From Gracilinanus agilis (taxonomy: Eukaryota), in assembly GCF_016433145.1 (NCBI RefSeq), contig NC_058130.1, positions 712,152,360 through 712,216,359 on the forward strand: a stretch of DNA of 64,000 nucleotides, read 5' to 3'. Below are positions 34,012 to 46,100 of this stretch, one piece after another; the stretch's first letter is position 1; each line of letters begins with the position of its first letter. Below the pieces are notes generated by a model that saw only the letters and a program-made list of their open reading frames with translations, was not told where the DNA came from and searched no databases. The translations under genes were made by a program, and so were the position numbers.

Positions 34012-35067
34012 TCCAATATGGCCCCATACAGAGAGCAGCAGCTGTAATGCATTGGGTTTTTTTTTTAAGTGCACACCAAATTTATACAGATTTATACAAA
34101 AATTATTTACAGAAGTTCCAAGGTGCTCCTGTATCAGAAGCAAAGACCCTTTTATCAAAAGGGATTATAACTAGGGCTGTGCTAAATTCAAAAGGATTGG
34201 ATCCCTTTGAGAGAGTCCAGAGTCCATTTGTTCAGATTGGGTTAGGGTTACAGTTATGGGATTCACAGGGTTAATGCTAAATCCTGTACATCCCAGAAGG
34301 TGGTCAAGAAGGGGGAAAATACAATAATGGACCCCAGAGCCTATGAATGGCTATGACTATAGAGAAACAATTTTAGAATGCCCCATTGGTCGCCCAAGCC
34401 AAATCTCTCATTTCCTCCCTTTTGTTGCCTTTTGGACACCAACAAGGCAATTCTGAAGATAAATTATAAGGTTTCATTCTGGGAGAGCAAGAAAGGATGT
34501 AGTTATTTTTGGAAGCAAAAACGAGACACGTGAAGATAAAGCTGGAATAAAATACATATCAATAACATCACAAACAGCACTAAGGAGCAGAAATGGTCTT
34601 CCAACCAGGACTATACTCCAGGCAGACATCAACTAACAGTAAAAGCCAAAACTGCTAAAGAACAGCAGAGTCCAGTTGTGGGTCTAATGCTTTCCATCTA
34701 AAGGAGGGAGTGTGTATTGTGGGGGAAAAGTTGATACAACCCAGGGTCTGAGTTGGAGATGACAGAAAACTTGGATTGTTCCTGGGAAAAGGTTGAGTAG
34801 GTTAGTTATACTGGCACCATATTAAGAGGGACAAATTCCTTGGAATGCTTTTGTGCTACCCCATCACCTGTGAACCTATTGTTTGAAAAACCACTGAAGC
34901 CTAATGCAAGACTTTGAAAGATTGTAATATATTCTCTGGAAACATTCAGCAATACGAAAACCCTCTGTGGTCCCTCCCACCCTGGGGGCCCACAACTGTT
35001 GGAGATGGTCCAGAAAACCTTGAGCTTTGGAAATGTCCTTGGTTCAGTCCTTGGGGAGCAGAGGTTG

Positions 35068-35298
35068 CTATATAGGCAGGATCTGCTCCAGAATGGTTCT
35101 TGAAGATTGGGGGAGTCTGTCAGGGAAATTCACTTCAAACTCAATAATGAGGTCCCCACGTTTCTCTGGTGTTTTGGGGAGGGGTAGGCCTTCTCCAGGA
35201 ACTTTTCGCCTCATTCCAGGTCTGATGACATCCTTGAACACTATGGGTATGGTCCTGCCATCCAGCGTTGGGACATTCACTGTACAGCCACAGAGGGC
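35068..35298 (-). CDS. DNAJB1: DnaJ (Hsp40) B1, exon 3
   Basis: 231 nt encoding ALCGCTVNVPTLDGRTIPIVFKDVIRPGMRRKVPGEGLP...EQILPI*. Acceptor ttttag|. Confidence 0.97.
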   Translation of the reverse strand, partial: ALCGCTVNVPTLDGRTIPIVFKDVIRPGMRRKVPGEGLPLPKTPEKRGDLIIEFEVNFPDRLPQSSRTILEQILPI

Positions 35299-35744
35299 CT
35301 AAAAGCAAAGGCAAATGATTAAACAGAGGAATAAGCGGGAAGGAGAGAACTCTTTTCTAAAGACAGTTTCTAGGGCTTCCAAAGACTTTGAATGGGGAGT
35401 GATGAACTGTTACTGGGGAGAGTAGCTAACATTTTCCCTTCAACTTGTTTTATATGGACCCCTGTAGTGCTTCCAGAAGGTGTGATTCTGTTTACAAAGA
35501 TTTGTATGACTAACCACATACAGCAGTTAAAGCATGTGATTCCTCTCTATATTGTGCTGAGAGATATTTACTTCCTCACTAAAGAAGCATAGTATATACA
35601 GCCAGTACACTCACTAAGCCTGAAATCAAAAAACCCAAGTTTCATTCCTGATGGTCACTTTCAGGACACATGTATGTTTCTCTAAGATCCCTAAAGCCCA
35701 CAATCCTATATCTGCAAGCCATGGCTGTACAGGTCTTGCCTTAC

Positions 35745-36325
35745 CTCACGGAGACTGATCCTTGCTGGGTAAATCACATCAGACCCGTCTCTCTTAAATA
35801 TATTGTGTGGTTTGTCCTTTAAAACAAAGACAATGTCAGCTGGAATGTTGGTTGACGTCTGGTCCCCCTCTTTTGGGAAGGTAATCTTGGTCCCCTCTTT
35901 CCACCCTCTTTTCACTTCAATGGTCAGGATCTTGTCCTCATTGCGGATGCTCTTTCCATCAGGGTTAAGCCGTTTGTGGGAGATCTTCATCTTTTTGGTA
36001 CAACCACTGTAGATCTCCTCAAGTGAGACCCGAAGGTCATGGGTAACTGGAGGATCCTGTTTTCGGCGGCTGTGTTCTTGGGCGGGACGGGATCGGCCAA
36101 AGTTCATATTGGTAAAGCCACCCATGCCCATTGGGAAGGCAGAAAATGGGTCATCAATGTCCATGCCTTCTTCCCCGTTTCGTTGACCAAAAAAGGTGTC
36201 AAAAGGATTGCGGCCACCAAAGAATTCGGCAAACATAGCATGAGGGTCCCCATGGAAAGTATAGCTGAAGGAGGCACCGTTAGGACCAGTACTGCTACCA
36301 CTACTAGGACCACCACCCTTCAGTC
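35745..36325 (-). CDS. DNAJB1: DnaJ (Hsp40) B1, exon 2 (G/F region, CTD I)
   Basis: 581 nt encoding GLKGGGP...FSYTFHGDPHAMFAEFFGGRNPF...HDLRVSLEEIYSGCTKKMKI...PARISLRE. Donor GAG|gtaagg. Confidence 0.97.
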
Positions 36326-37795
36326 CTAAAAAATGAAAAACAAGAATTCAAATTGTTGGTCAAACTGAAGTCCTTCTTGCTCTAGAACTACTTCCTTCTC
36401 CTCTCACCAAGGAGACAGGATCTAGACATCATTAGGGAATTTAAAAGCATTGCTTTTTGCCACCCCTTTCTATACACCTGTGTTTTCCATTTTAGAAACT
36501 ATCAGGACCTAGAGACAAGTACGTTAGTTATAAGTAGGAAGAAGATGCTGGGTTTTTTATTCCTAGCCTTGAACTGCTTAGCCTGTGAGAGAAGTTGCTA
36601 GAATATATTTTAGTGCTACCCTGAACAAGAAGGATTGAGAATTTAACAGAATATTAACTTTTCTCCATGTGTGATTTCAGCTGGTAACTTCTTGAGGTCA
36701 AGATATAGAGGATATTCCCAAAGTTTTAATGCTGTTTTAAGCTTTACTAGCTTAAAATGTCACTAAGACTTCTATTGCACTCTATGGAAGAGCATTCTTT
36801 CTAAGTGGCAAAAAATATATGTAATTTCCATTTGCTGCTGATTAGCCCTTTTAAAGAATGGATACTATTTAAGGCTGATACCCTTTGAGCCATAACAGGC
36901 ACATCAGCACTTTAAAAGTCTTTTCTTGATCATTTTTGGTCTCTAAGATGCTTGGAGGCAGGGTGGGGAGAACCTATCTTCTTTCCTTTTTTCAAAGCAC
37001 ATCTCTTGTCAGAGCCACCCTCAGTTCTGCAACTCCAGACTATGATGTTTCACATCTCAAACATCTACTTCTCTTACTGGATGGAATAAGGTAGAGAAAA
37101 GGCTTCAGTTTTAACTACTGGATTCAGGTGTTAGCTTAACCTATCATTAATATTCTTATCTGAAAGCTTATTAGGTGCATTTCCAATATATCTCCTCCAG
37201 GGGAACGGAGCTAAGAGAAGTCATCATACAAGTTTGCTAGGGAGTGGGGAGGAAGAAAGCAGACCCCACCTAATGTACTTGTAGATTCTCTGTCCACACC
37301 CAGTCTGGGGAAGGCCCCAGTAAAACCTGACAGTCTTCCTGCCTCCAGTCTAACCTCCTAGGGAATGACTAACAAACATGCTAGAAGCTTCTACGGACAT
37401 GACAGCCAGCTGATGCACCAGCCAGGTCTCCACCTCTCATCGAAAGGCTGCCAATCGGAGTGGAGAGCAGCACAGCCAATGGGCACGGGGGCCAGGGGCC
37501 AGCGGCCCCGACGGGAAGAGGAGGGAAAAGTAACTCTTGTTTATTGCAAAACCCATAACAGGGCCTGGAGGCGGGGACGGGACGAGCAAACGTCAGGAGC
37601 GTCCCATTCTCCAAGAGGGAGGCGGCGGGCTGGCGACAAGGCTCGAAGGAGCCCGGCCTCGCCACGAGCGCCATCCCCGGGGCCGGCGGCTCCAAGATCA
37701 AGGAGGCGCCAGGGCTTACAGTGGCGGCCTCTTGCAGTGCTGCCTTGAGCGCTCCCAGCTGACCCCGCTCCCGCTCCCGCGGGCCCCTGACTCAC

Positions 37796-38006
37796 CCTCC
37801 TCCCCGAAGCGGTCGAAGATGTCCCTCTTGCGCGGGTCGCTAAGCACGTCGTAGGCCTCGGCGATCTCCTTGAACTTCTCCTCGGCGCCGGGCTCCTTGT
37901 TCTTGTCCGGGTGGTAGCGCAGCGCTTGCCGGCGGTAGGCTCGCTTGATCTCTTCGTCCGAAGCGCCCCGGGCCAGGCCCAGCGTCTGGTAGTAATCCTT
38001 GCCCAT
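37796..38006 (-). CDS. DNAJB1: DnaJ (Hsp40) B1, exon 1 (J domain)
   Basis: ATG at 38006, [36 protein letters not shown]...FGEE with the HPD motif. Donor G|gtgagt. 211 + 581 + 231 = 1023 nt (340 aa + stop). Confidence 0.98.
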
Positions 38007-38063
38007 GGCCCCCACCCTCCCGCCGCCGTCCCTACGGCTCCGCCGCCGCCCCGGCCCGGACGC

Positions 38064-38190
38064 TATATACCCGCCCGGCGGAAGCTTCCAGAGCCCGCCA
38101 GCCCTCTCCAGAACCTTCCGCTCCGCCCCTCGCGCCACACCACCCAATCCCGGGCGCCTAAATTGTAACACGTGATTCTGGGGGCGGGGC
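38064..38190 (-). promoter_or_regulatory. DNAJB1: DNAJB1 heat-shock promoter (TATA, HSE array, CCAAT, GC box)
   Basis: TATATA at 38064-38069. In-phase nGAAn units GAA 38081, TTC 38086, GAG 38091, CTC 38106, GAA 38111, TTC 38116. CCAAT at 38144, ggggcggggc at ~38181. Confidence 0.88.
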
Positions 38191-38719
38191 AGCCTCGCCA
38201 ACGGTTGCGGGCGCGAGACGCATTCCTCCGCCCTCTTTGCTCCTCCCTTTTGCAACGCCCCCGCCCCCCCCCCGGGGCGCGAGTCAGTTCTCTTGTGGAC
38301 CCTCTGGGACCCCACCTAGTTCTATGAGCTCCATCCCTCCAGCCCCCAGCCCTGCCCCGCTAGAATTTCTACTCTTCTCAGCAGCTTGAAACCCTGTCTT
38401 TAAGCCTTATACGCACCTAATACGCCTTAGAGCAAGCCCCCGCCCCTAGGCCCTGGCAGTTCCGCCCCTTTGCATGGGTCTCCTTTATATAGATCCCAGG
38501 CTGAAAGTGACTGGAGATCTTCTGGTTCCATGTTCTTATACAGATGAAGAAACTGAGGCCTGGATAAGGGAAGGCACTTACTCTGGAGTTTTTTCCTTTT
38601 TGACTCTGCCTGACCTAGCAAGCTTTTAATAGATGTTTGCTATCCTGAGGCGGCTAAGTGTTAGAAGGAAGACACTGCCTTTTTCGACTCCAAATTTATT
38701 GCTTTTCCCTATAGGATTC

Positions 38720-39330
38720 GACTTAGCTCCATATTTCTCTTCTCTAACACTGCCACCCCCTGGTGCAGGCCTTTATCACCTATTCCTGGACTATTGCTAG
38801 TGGGGGTCTGTATGTGCTTCAGGTCTCTCCCCACGCCAGTCCATCCTCCACTCAGCTCAGCTGCCAAGAAGACCTTCCTAAAACACAAGTCTGACCATGC
38901 CACATGCTCAGTGGCTATCATTTCCAGAATCAAATATAAAATGCTCTGGCGTTCAAGGTCTTTCATAACCTTCCCCCCTCCTCGTTTTTGTTACACTTTG
39001 TCTCTGGAGCCAACCAACCATATACTCTTTGATCTGGGGACACTGGCAGCCTTGTGTTTCACAAACAAAACACTCGGTCTCAACCCCAGGCCTGGAATGC
39101 TTTCCCTCCTGGCTTCATTGGCTTCTTTCAAGTACGACCTAAAATCCCATTTCTAAAAGAAGCCTTTCCCAATTCCCCTTAATACTAGTCCTTCCCCCCT
39201 ATTGATCATGTACAATTTATCTTGTATAATTTTTGTATATTGTTGATTGCAGGTTGTCTGACCCTCATTAGGCTGTGAGTTCCTTATTTCTGCAGCTTAG
39301 TAGTGCCTGGCATGTAGCAGGCATTTAATA
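38720..39330 (+). mobile_element. L2 3' fragment
   Basis: Degenerate L2 end (aaacacaagtctgaccatg...cagaatcaaatataaaatgctc...tagtgcctggcatgtagcaggcatttaata). Boundaries approximate. Confidence 0.7.
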
Positions 39331-39339
39331 TGCTTGTTG

Positions 39340-40010
39340 ACTTATTAAGTGCTTACTGTGTGCCAGTTATAGACAAGAAAACAATCCCTACTCTCTAGGA
39401 GCTTGCATTCTATTGAAGAGTTGGAAAAGAGAATAAGCTAGACAGAAGTAAAACATAAAAAATTGGGGAGGCATTAATTAGGGCATCAGAAAAGGGTTTT
39501 TTTTTGGTACAAAAGCAGGAAAAGTAGAAAGTAGAAAGAAAGTAGACACATCCTATAAGAATAGTACAGTTTGGCTAGACTGTAAAGTAATGGAAAATCA
39601 ATCTAGAAATATAGGTTGGAGCCAGACTTGAAGGGTCAAAGCATTTTATTCTGTAGCAGTAAGGCACTACCAGATCTTCTTGAGTAGGGAAGGGACATGG
39701 TCAGATTTGTTCTTTATTAGGAATAGTAGTTTGGCAATGGTGTGGAAGAAGATTTGGAAAGAGGAAAAACTAGAGGCAAGGAGAACAATGAATAAATTAC
39801 TGAAGTAGGCTAGGCATGTGGTAATGAAGGATTAAACTAGAGGGAGTAGTTTATATGAATACAAAGGACAGGTATGATTCAAAAAAGGATGTGGTCATAG
39901 AATCCATACAGCAACTCATTGCATATGGGGGCTGAAAGAGGGGAAAGAATTGAGGATGACTCTAAGGTTGAGAACGTGGGTGACTTGGAAGGACTACAAT
40001 ATAATTCCAA
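39340..40010 (-). mobile_element. L2 fragment, antisense
   Basis: Starts ttattaagtgcttactgtgtgccag and continues with purine-rich antisense L2 body. Confidence 0.6.
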
Positions 40011-41764
40011 TTCAATAAACATCTGAATGAGATCATCATGACCCTCCATATCCCCCATCATAGCACTCAGTTGCACTTCTACGAATTTGACTTTTTCTCT
40101 TCAGAGAGGTAAAAGAATTTGGCCAATTTCACCCAATTGGAAAACATCTGAGCTGCACTCAAACCCAGAGTCCTGACTGCATCCTTAATGCATTTTGTTC
40201 CACATGCTGTTTTTCTGAATTTGTTGAAGAATCACGAGGTTTATAGTGCTTAGTTCGTCTAGACCTCCCTCTCATTCTATAGATGAAGAAACTGAGGCCT
40301 AGAGAGGATGAGTTATTTGCTCAAGATCATAAAGTAATGAGTAAAAAATAAAAATCTAACATCTCTCTAAGCTCTAATTTAGAAGTCTCACCCCTCTTTA
40401 AATGAAAGGAAGAAAAACGATAGTAAGCAAATATTTATAAATTGCTTTAAGGCTTGCCAAAATGTTTTACAGATGTTGTCTCATTTGAACCTCAAAATAA
40501 ATCTCTAAAGTAGATGCTATGATTATCTTCATTTTACAGATGAGGAACTGGGGCAGAGGTTAGGTGACTTGCCCAGAGTCACATAGCCATTAAGTATCCG
40601 AGGTCACATTTGAATTCAAGTCTTTCTGATTCCAGGCCCAGTGCTCTTGCCACTGTGCTACCTTTAGACTCTTGCTTGTGCTTTCTTATTAAAGCCTTAA
40701 CTCTAGAAAAAGTTAGCTCTTGCCCCTTTATACGATATAGAGGATGGTTTCTTCTAGGTCCTATACCCAGGCTACATCCTTGGGTTTGGTCTCTAAAAGC
40801 GAGTCTGAAGAGCTGGAGAGAGGTTGGATTGCTGAGATAAAATGGACACACATTCAGTTCCCTAAAGTGCAGCCTTTGAAACCAAGTGGCCCTTTCTGGG
40901 AAACCTTGCAACCTTAGGGAAATGAATTGATGAGGGAGCCTGTCATGTGGAGAAGTTGAGGAGTTCCTGGATAATGCAAAGTTCCTGGACCAACTCCTGG
41001 ATCCAGAACAGAGGTTTGGCAAGGGACAAATCTATGATGTGAACTTTGCCCTTAGATGATACTGTGAGTTATGTGGACTGTGCAGGTTTGGGCAAAGGAG
41101 TCGGTGCCCTAGTAACACTAAGCACTTCCTAGGAGGTTCTCAACCTTAGGATAGTACTATAACTTTAGAGGACTGTATGGATCTTTGAGAGAGGTAGAAC
41201 ATAGTGGAGTGGGAAGGATAATGGTCTTGAATATATATGACCTAGTATACAGATCCACTGTAATTTCTATAGGGTTAAATAAAGTTTGTCCTATATGCCA
41301 AGTTTTGTTAGCCTGAGTGCTTTAGAGGGGCTATACATAGTCTTCTTTTATTTTTGGTGGTGGTGGGGAGAGTATTAGACAAGAACCAAATCCTAATGTT
41401 TCCATGGGAAATCCTTAAGTAGGAGCAGGAATCAAAGAGCTATTTAGTAAGAGAAGTTCCAAATATTAAAGCCAGTCTAACTAAACACAGAGTTTCAGGT
41501 CTGAGCCACAAGTTACAAAATTATAAGATATCTTGGTATAAACACATTTAAGCTTTCTAATTCTGGCTTTGCTTTTTCTGAGAAACATAAGACTGGGTAA
41601 ATAATTTTATCTTTTTTTCTCATTCGTACAATGAAGATAATACTTGCCATACTTATTGAATAGGTTTGCTGCAATAAAATAACATAGTTGTTATGTACAC
41701 AATAAAGATATAAAAACATATTTGAAATCTTTGGAAAAAATTATTATGTCTATATATCTATATA

Positions 41765-41967
41765 TTTTAAACACATACCCTTTCGACTCAAAATCAATGT
41801 TGTGTGTTGGTTCCATGAAAGAAGAGTAGTAAGGGCTAGGGAATGGGGGTTAAATGACTTGCCCAGGTCACACAGCTAAGAAGTATGTGAGGCCAGATTT
41901 GAACCTAGGACCTCCCATCTCTAGGCCTGGCTCTCAATCAACTGAACCACCTAGCTACATCCCCCCC
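41765..41967 (-). mobile_element. SINE1_Mdo-type SINE
   Basis: gtaagggctagggaatgggggttaaatgacttgcccaggtcacacagc...gatttgaacctaggacc. Confidence 0.85.
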
Positions 41968-42734
41968 CCCCAATTCCTTTTGATGCTTCAGCCATTCAAC
42001 AACACCTACTATTTAAAGTACTCTTTTAAGTGTTAAGGATACAGTGTAATAATAGGTGTTGATCAGGAGAGTCCCCTGATCAATCTGATGAGCTCAAAGG
42101 GCATGAGCCTTTGTCTGAGGTCAGACTAGTAGCTCCTCAGGGAGACTGGGCATGTCCTTTGGTGACTTGTTGAGAGGACAGAGGAGTTTCTGGGCTGACC
42201 TTAAGGTGACGGGCTGGTGTTATTCAGGAGGATATGCTCTTTCTGAGTCTAAGAGAGGCGGCTAATAAAAGTTCACACAGAAACACTTGGCAGAAGTAGA
42301 CATACAGTATTCCCATATCCCAAAAGCCTATGTAGAGGAAGGGAAATTTTTAAAAATTTCCTGGGCAATATGATTCTGTAATTTGGCCTTCTAGTAAGAG
42401 AAGGGGAGTTTTCTAGTTAGTATGATTCTAGAATCTAGCTTCCTAGTAAAAGAAGAGAAAGTTTTGTGACAGTGACAATCTTGGGGTTTGTCCATGAGTA
42501 AACACAAGTTCAAGAATATGGAGATCTGCAAAGGATATGAACAGGCAGTTTTCAGAAGAAGAAATCAAAGCTACCCATAGTCATATGAAAAAATGCTATA
42601 AATCTCTATTATTTAGAGAAATGCAAATTAAAATAACTTGTAGGTACCACCTCATACTGATCAAATTAGCTAATATAACAGAAAAGGAAGATAAATGTTG
42701 GAGGGGATGTGGAAAAATTGGGACACCAATACAC

Positions 42735-42938
42735 TTTTTTTTTTTTAAACCCTTACCTTCCCTCTTAGAGTCAATACTGTGTATTGGCCCCAAGGCAGAA
42801 GAGTGGTAAGGGTAGGCAATGGGGGTCAAGTGACTTGCCCAAGGTCACACAGCTAGGAAGTATCTGAGGCCAGATTTGAACCTAGGACCTCCCATCTCTA
42901 GGTCTGGCTCTCAATCCACTGAGCTACCCAGCTGCCCC
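42735..42938 (-). mobile_element. SINE1_Mdo-type SINE, tandem copy 1
   Basis: Full element flanked by caccaatacac at 42724-42734 and 42939-42949. Confidence 0.92.
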
Positions 42939-42949
42939 CACCAATACAC

Positions 42950-43150
42950 TTTTTTTTTTTTTAATTTTTTTAAACCCTTAACTTCTGTGTGTATTGACTT
43001 ATAGGTGGAAGATTGGTAAGGGTAGGCAATGGGGGTCAAGTGACGTTGCCCAGGGTCACACAGCTGGGAAGTGTCTGAGGCCGGATTTGAACCTAGGACC
43101 TCCTGTCTCTAGGCCTGGCTCTCAATCCACTGAGCAACCCAGCTGCCCCC
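42950..43150 (-). mobile_element. SINE1_Mdo-type SINE, tandem copy 2 (different tail subfamily)
   Basis: Tail cccttaacttctgtgtgtattgacttataggtggaagattggtaaggg. Right TSD caccaatacac at 43153-43163. Confidence 0.92.
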
Positions 43151-46100
43151 TCCACCAATACACTTTTGATGGAGTTGTGAAATGGTCCAACCATTCCAGA
43201 GAGCAATTTGGAACTATGCCCAAAGTGCATGAAACTCTGCATATCCTTTGACCCAGGAATACTTCTACTAGGTCTGTATTCCAAAGAGTTAAAAGAAAAA
43301 GGATTCATATGTACAGAAATATTTAGAGCTGTTCTTTTTATGGTGGCAAAGAACTAGAAAACTGAAGTACTGCCTATTGATTGAGGTATGGCTGAACAAG
43401 GTATATGATTGTGATGGAATACTACTGTGATATAAGAAATGCCAAGCAGGATAATTTCAGAAAACCATGGAAAGATTTATATGAATTGATACAAAGTGAG
43501 TAACAGGAACATTTTATAATGATCAGCTGTGAATGACTTGGCTATTCTGATCAATACAATGATCCAAAATAATTTTGAAGGATTTATGATGAAAAATGCT
43601 ATCCACTTTCAGAGAGAGAACTGATGGATTGTGTATATTAAGGCATAATTGTTTTCACTTTTAACAATTTTCTTGTACTTTTTTTCCTCCTGCAACATGG
43701 CTAATGTGGAAGTATATTTTACATATATAATTGATGCCACATTTCTTGCCTTGTTAATGGATGAGGAGGGGTTGGAGGAAGAGAAATCAGAAATCAAAAA
43801 ATTTTAAAAGAATGTTAAAAATAAATAATAATTTTTTAAAAGGGTATGGAGATCTGACCTTCTAGAGAAGGGAAGTTCCTTTTTAGAGAAAGAAGAGTTG
43901 CTTATGTGGTACCTTATGTTGTAGTTAAAAAAGGCTTAGAGGCAAATCATAGGAGGAGGGGTAGGTGGTAAGGGAGGCAAGGAAACTTTGCTACCTCTTG
44001 GTTTTTATAATGATCTATTTGTATAGTGTAAGTCCAATGGGACAACAGGAAAGTGTTTGTTCAGCAGCTCCAAAGCCTGTTTATCTTCTAGGGGAAGCTC
44101 AAACCACAGGGTGATATTATGTGTCTTAGGAAAGAACGAAGAACTAGGGATCTACTGAAATGTCAAGGATTGCCTTAAAGGCAACCCCAAATTCAGTTCC
44201 TTCAGAGAGGTTATTATGAATGCTTTATATTTTCAGCATTTTGTGCTGAAATGCTGTGAATCCTTTGTCATCTGCATTTTTTCAGGATGAAATAAAGGTC
44301 ATCTTTCTTAATTTGTGTGTGTGTGTCTGTGTTTTATCTTGAGGGTTTATATGAGGGATGCTAAACACAAGGTACCTCAAGATGATATTTGGAGATTTTC
44401 CCAAAATAATTTCTGAGTAGAGTCAAAAAATCAAAGAGAAAATATGACCCTCTTGGGCTAGTCCATAAAGACAAAAATGAAATAATTCTTGCTTTAATGG
44501 AGCTTACATTCTACTGAGGGTGGGTAGTTATAACATGTACTTATCTTTTTTTCTAAACTCTGAAATCTGCCCTATCAAATTCTGGAGTGAATGTCAGTCT
44601 ATGTTTGGCTTTTTTCTCTATCACAAATTCTAAAGTGGGTTGGCATTTACCTTAAGGTTCTGATATTATTACAACCAGTTCTTCTTTGATGAAAATAAGA
44701 TCTAGAATATAATTTTCTGTTCTTTTGTTAGATGTATCTTTTGAAGGATGAATTATTGAGGTAAAGCAAGAAAATAATTAGCTGTTCAGTTTTTGTCAGA
44801 GAGTAAGCTTTATTAGATGGATTAATGGAAGCCTGATATCACAGCTATATCTTGAATACTGCATCTCTTTTCTTTTTTTAGTGAAGTGGTCTCTAGTATT
44901 CTCATGTTCTTTCTGCTCCCATTGCTTTTCACTCAACTGTTCTTCATCATGCTTCTCTCTTCTGGTTCCTAGATTTCCTCATATTTCCTTGGTACTCTGT
45001 GTTACTTCTTTCTTCCTTCTCTTTTACCTATATCTTTGGAATATGGAGCTTACATGGCACCACAGTGTCAGTGGCTCAGATTCAGGGTTCTGAAGCTAAT
45101 TGAGGCTTCTATTCTTGCTGACCTCTGCTTGTGCATAAACCATGAGTCATGGGTTTTATCTCACCAAGTCTCAGTCATAGTTATGAGGTTGAATTTGACT
45201 CCTTGAACTACAATATTTTATCACTCATGTTATACAATTGTGTGAATACAACTGAGGATTTTATTGCTGTCTCAATTCTTGGATTTCCTCAGTAGTGAAT
45301 TTCCTGACATCTGTGATAGTATGAAAAATCTCTGGGTTATTTTGGTCCTTTCTGAGATCTCTAAAATTGGTTTATAAGAGTCTGCTTCTGCTTTGGACAT
45401 GCCTTCTCCTCACTGGCACCCTTTCCTTATACCGCATACCATTTTCCCTTTTTTAGAATCTTGAATCTTATGTGTTGTCAACTTCAAGTTTCATGTTGTA
45501 TTTAGCTGGGCCCCTCTAGCCAATTCTTGGTGCCTCTTTTCCTATGATATGAGAAGCAGGTACAGAATCAGACATGCCTCCTAGAGACTCTATTCCTTCC
45601 TATAATTCCTCCTATCATGTAACAGCATTCATATGTGAAGGATGGAACCCTGGCATCTTGAAAATGAATTAGGAGGAAAGAAGATACCTTGGTGTAACCT
45701 GGGTATGCCAATTCCAAGGGGGCAGCCTCTTATGTAATCTTCAATTTCTTTTCAATGCTAGTATGCCCTAAAGACCACAGAATTCTTTACCTGGTAATAC
45801 TCCAAATACCCAACTAAGACATGGTTGTTCTGAATTTTTTGTATGTGGCTATCTCATTCTGCTACCACTCCTTCCCTAGTTACCTCAAATGATGCCTAAG
45901 GCCTTCTATTATGATTTAAAACACACCTGTAGTAAAAGGTTTACTGCTTTTAGCAGTAGCTAATATCCTCTTCTGGGAAAGCCACTAAATCCCAAAGCAG
46001 CTGCAGCATACCTGGACAATATTTACTACTATTCGTTTGTGGTAGCTACTCACTATGGTATCTGGCTTGCTAGACATTCAGTTTCCTTCTTCCCTTTACT

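Larger units (their letters stand above)
42520..43830 (+). mobile_element. L1 ORF2 C-terminus plus 3' UTR, interrupted by two SINEs
   Basis: Translates MNRQFSEEEIK...MKKC...REMQIK...KCWRGCG (L1 ORF2 Cys-rich end). Resumes at 43153 and runs through the 3' UTR to an A-rich tail. Confidence 0.88.

Noticed and set aside
37716-38315. 103-aa N-terminal extension of DNAJB1
   Set aside because: It begins at a GTG upstream of the TATA box and HSEs, so it lies outside the transcript. It reflects stop-codon scarcity in a CpG island.
40800-41110. Protein-like plus-strand stretch (EEFLDNAKFLDQLLDPEQRFGKGQIYDVNF)
   Set aside because: It is bounded by stops, has no splice context and no homolog I recognise. 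A tBLASTx hit would be needed to call a pseudogene.
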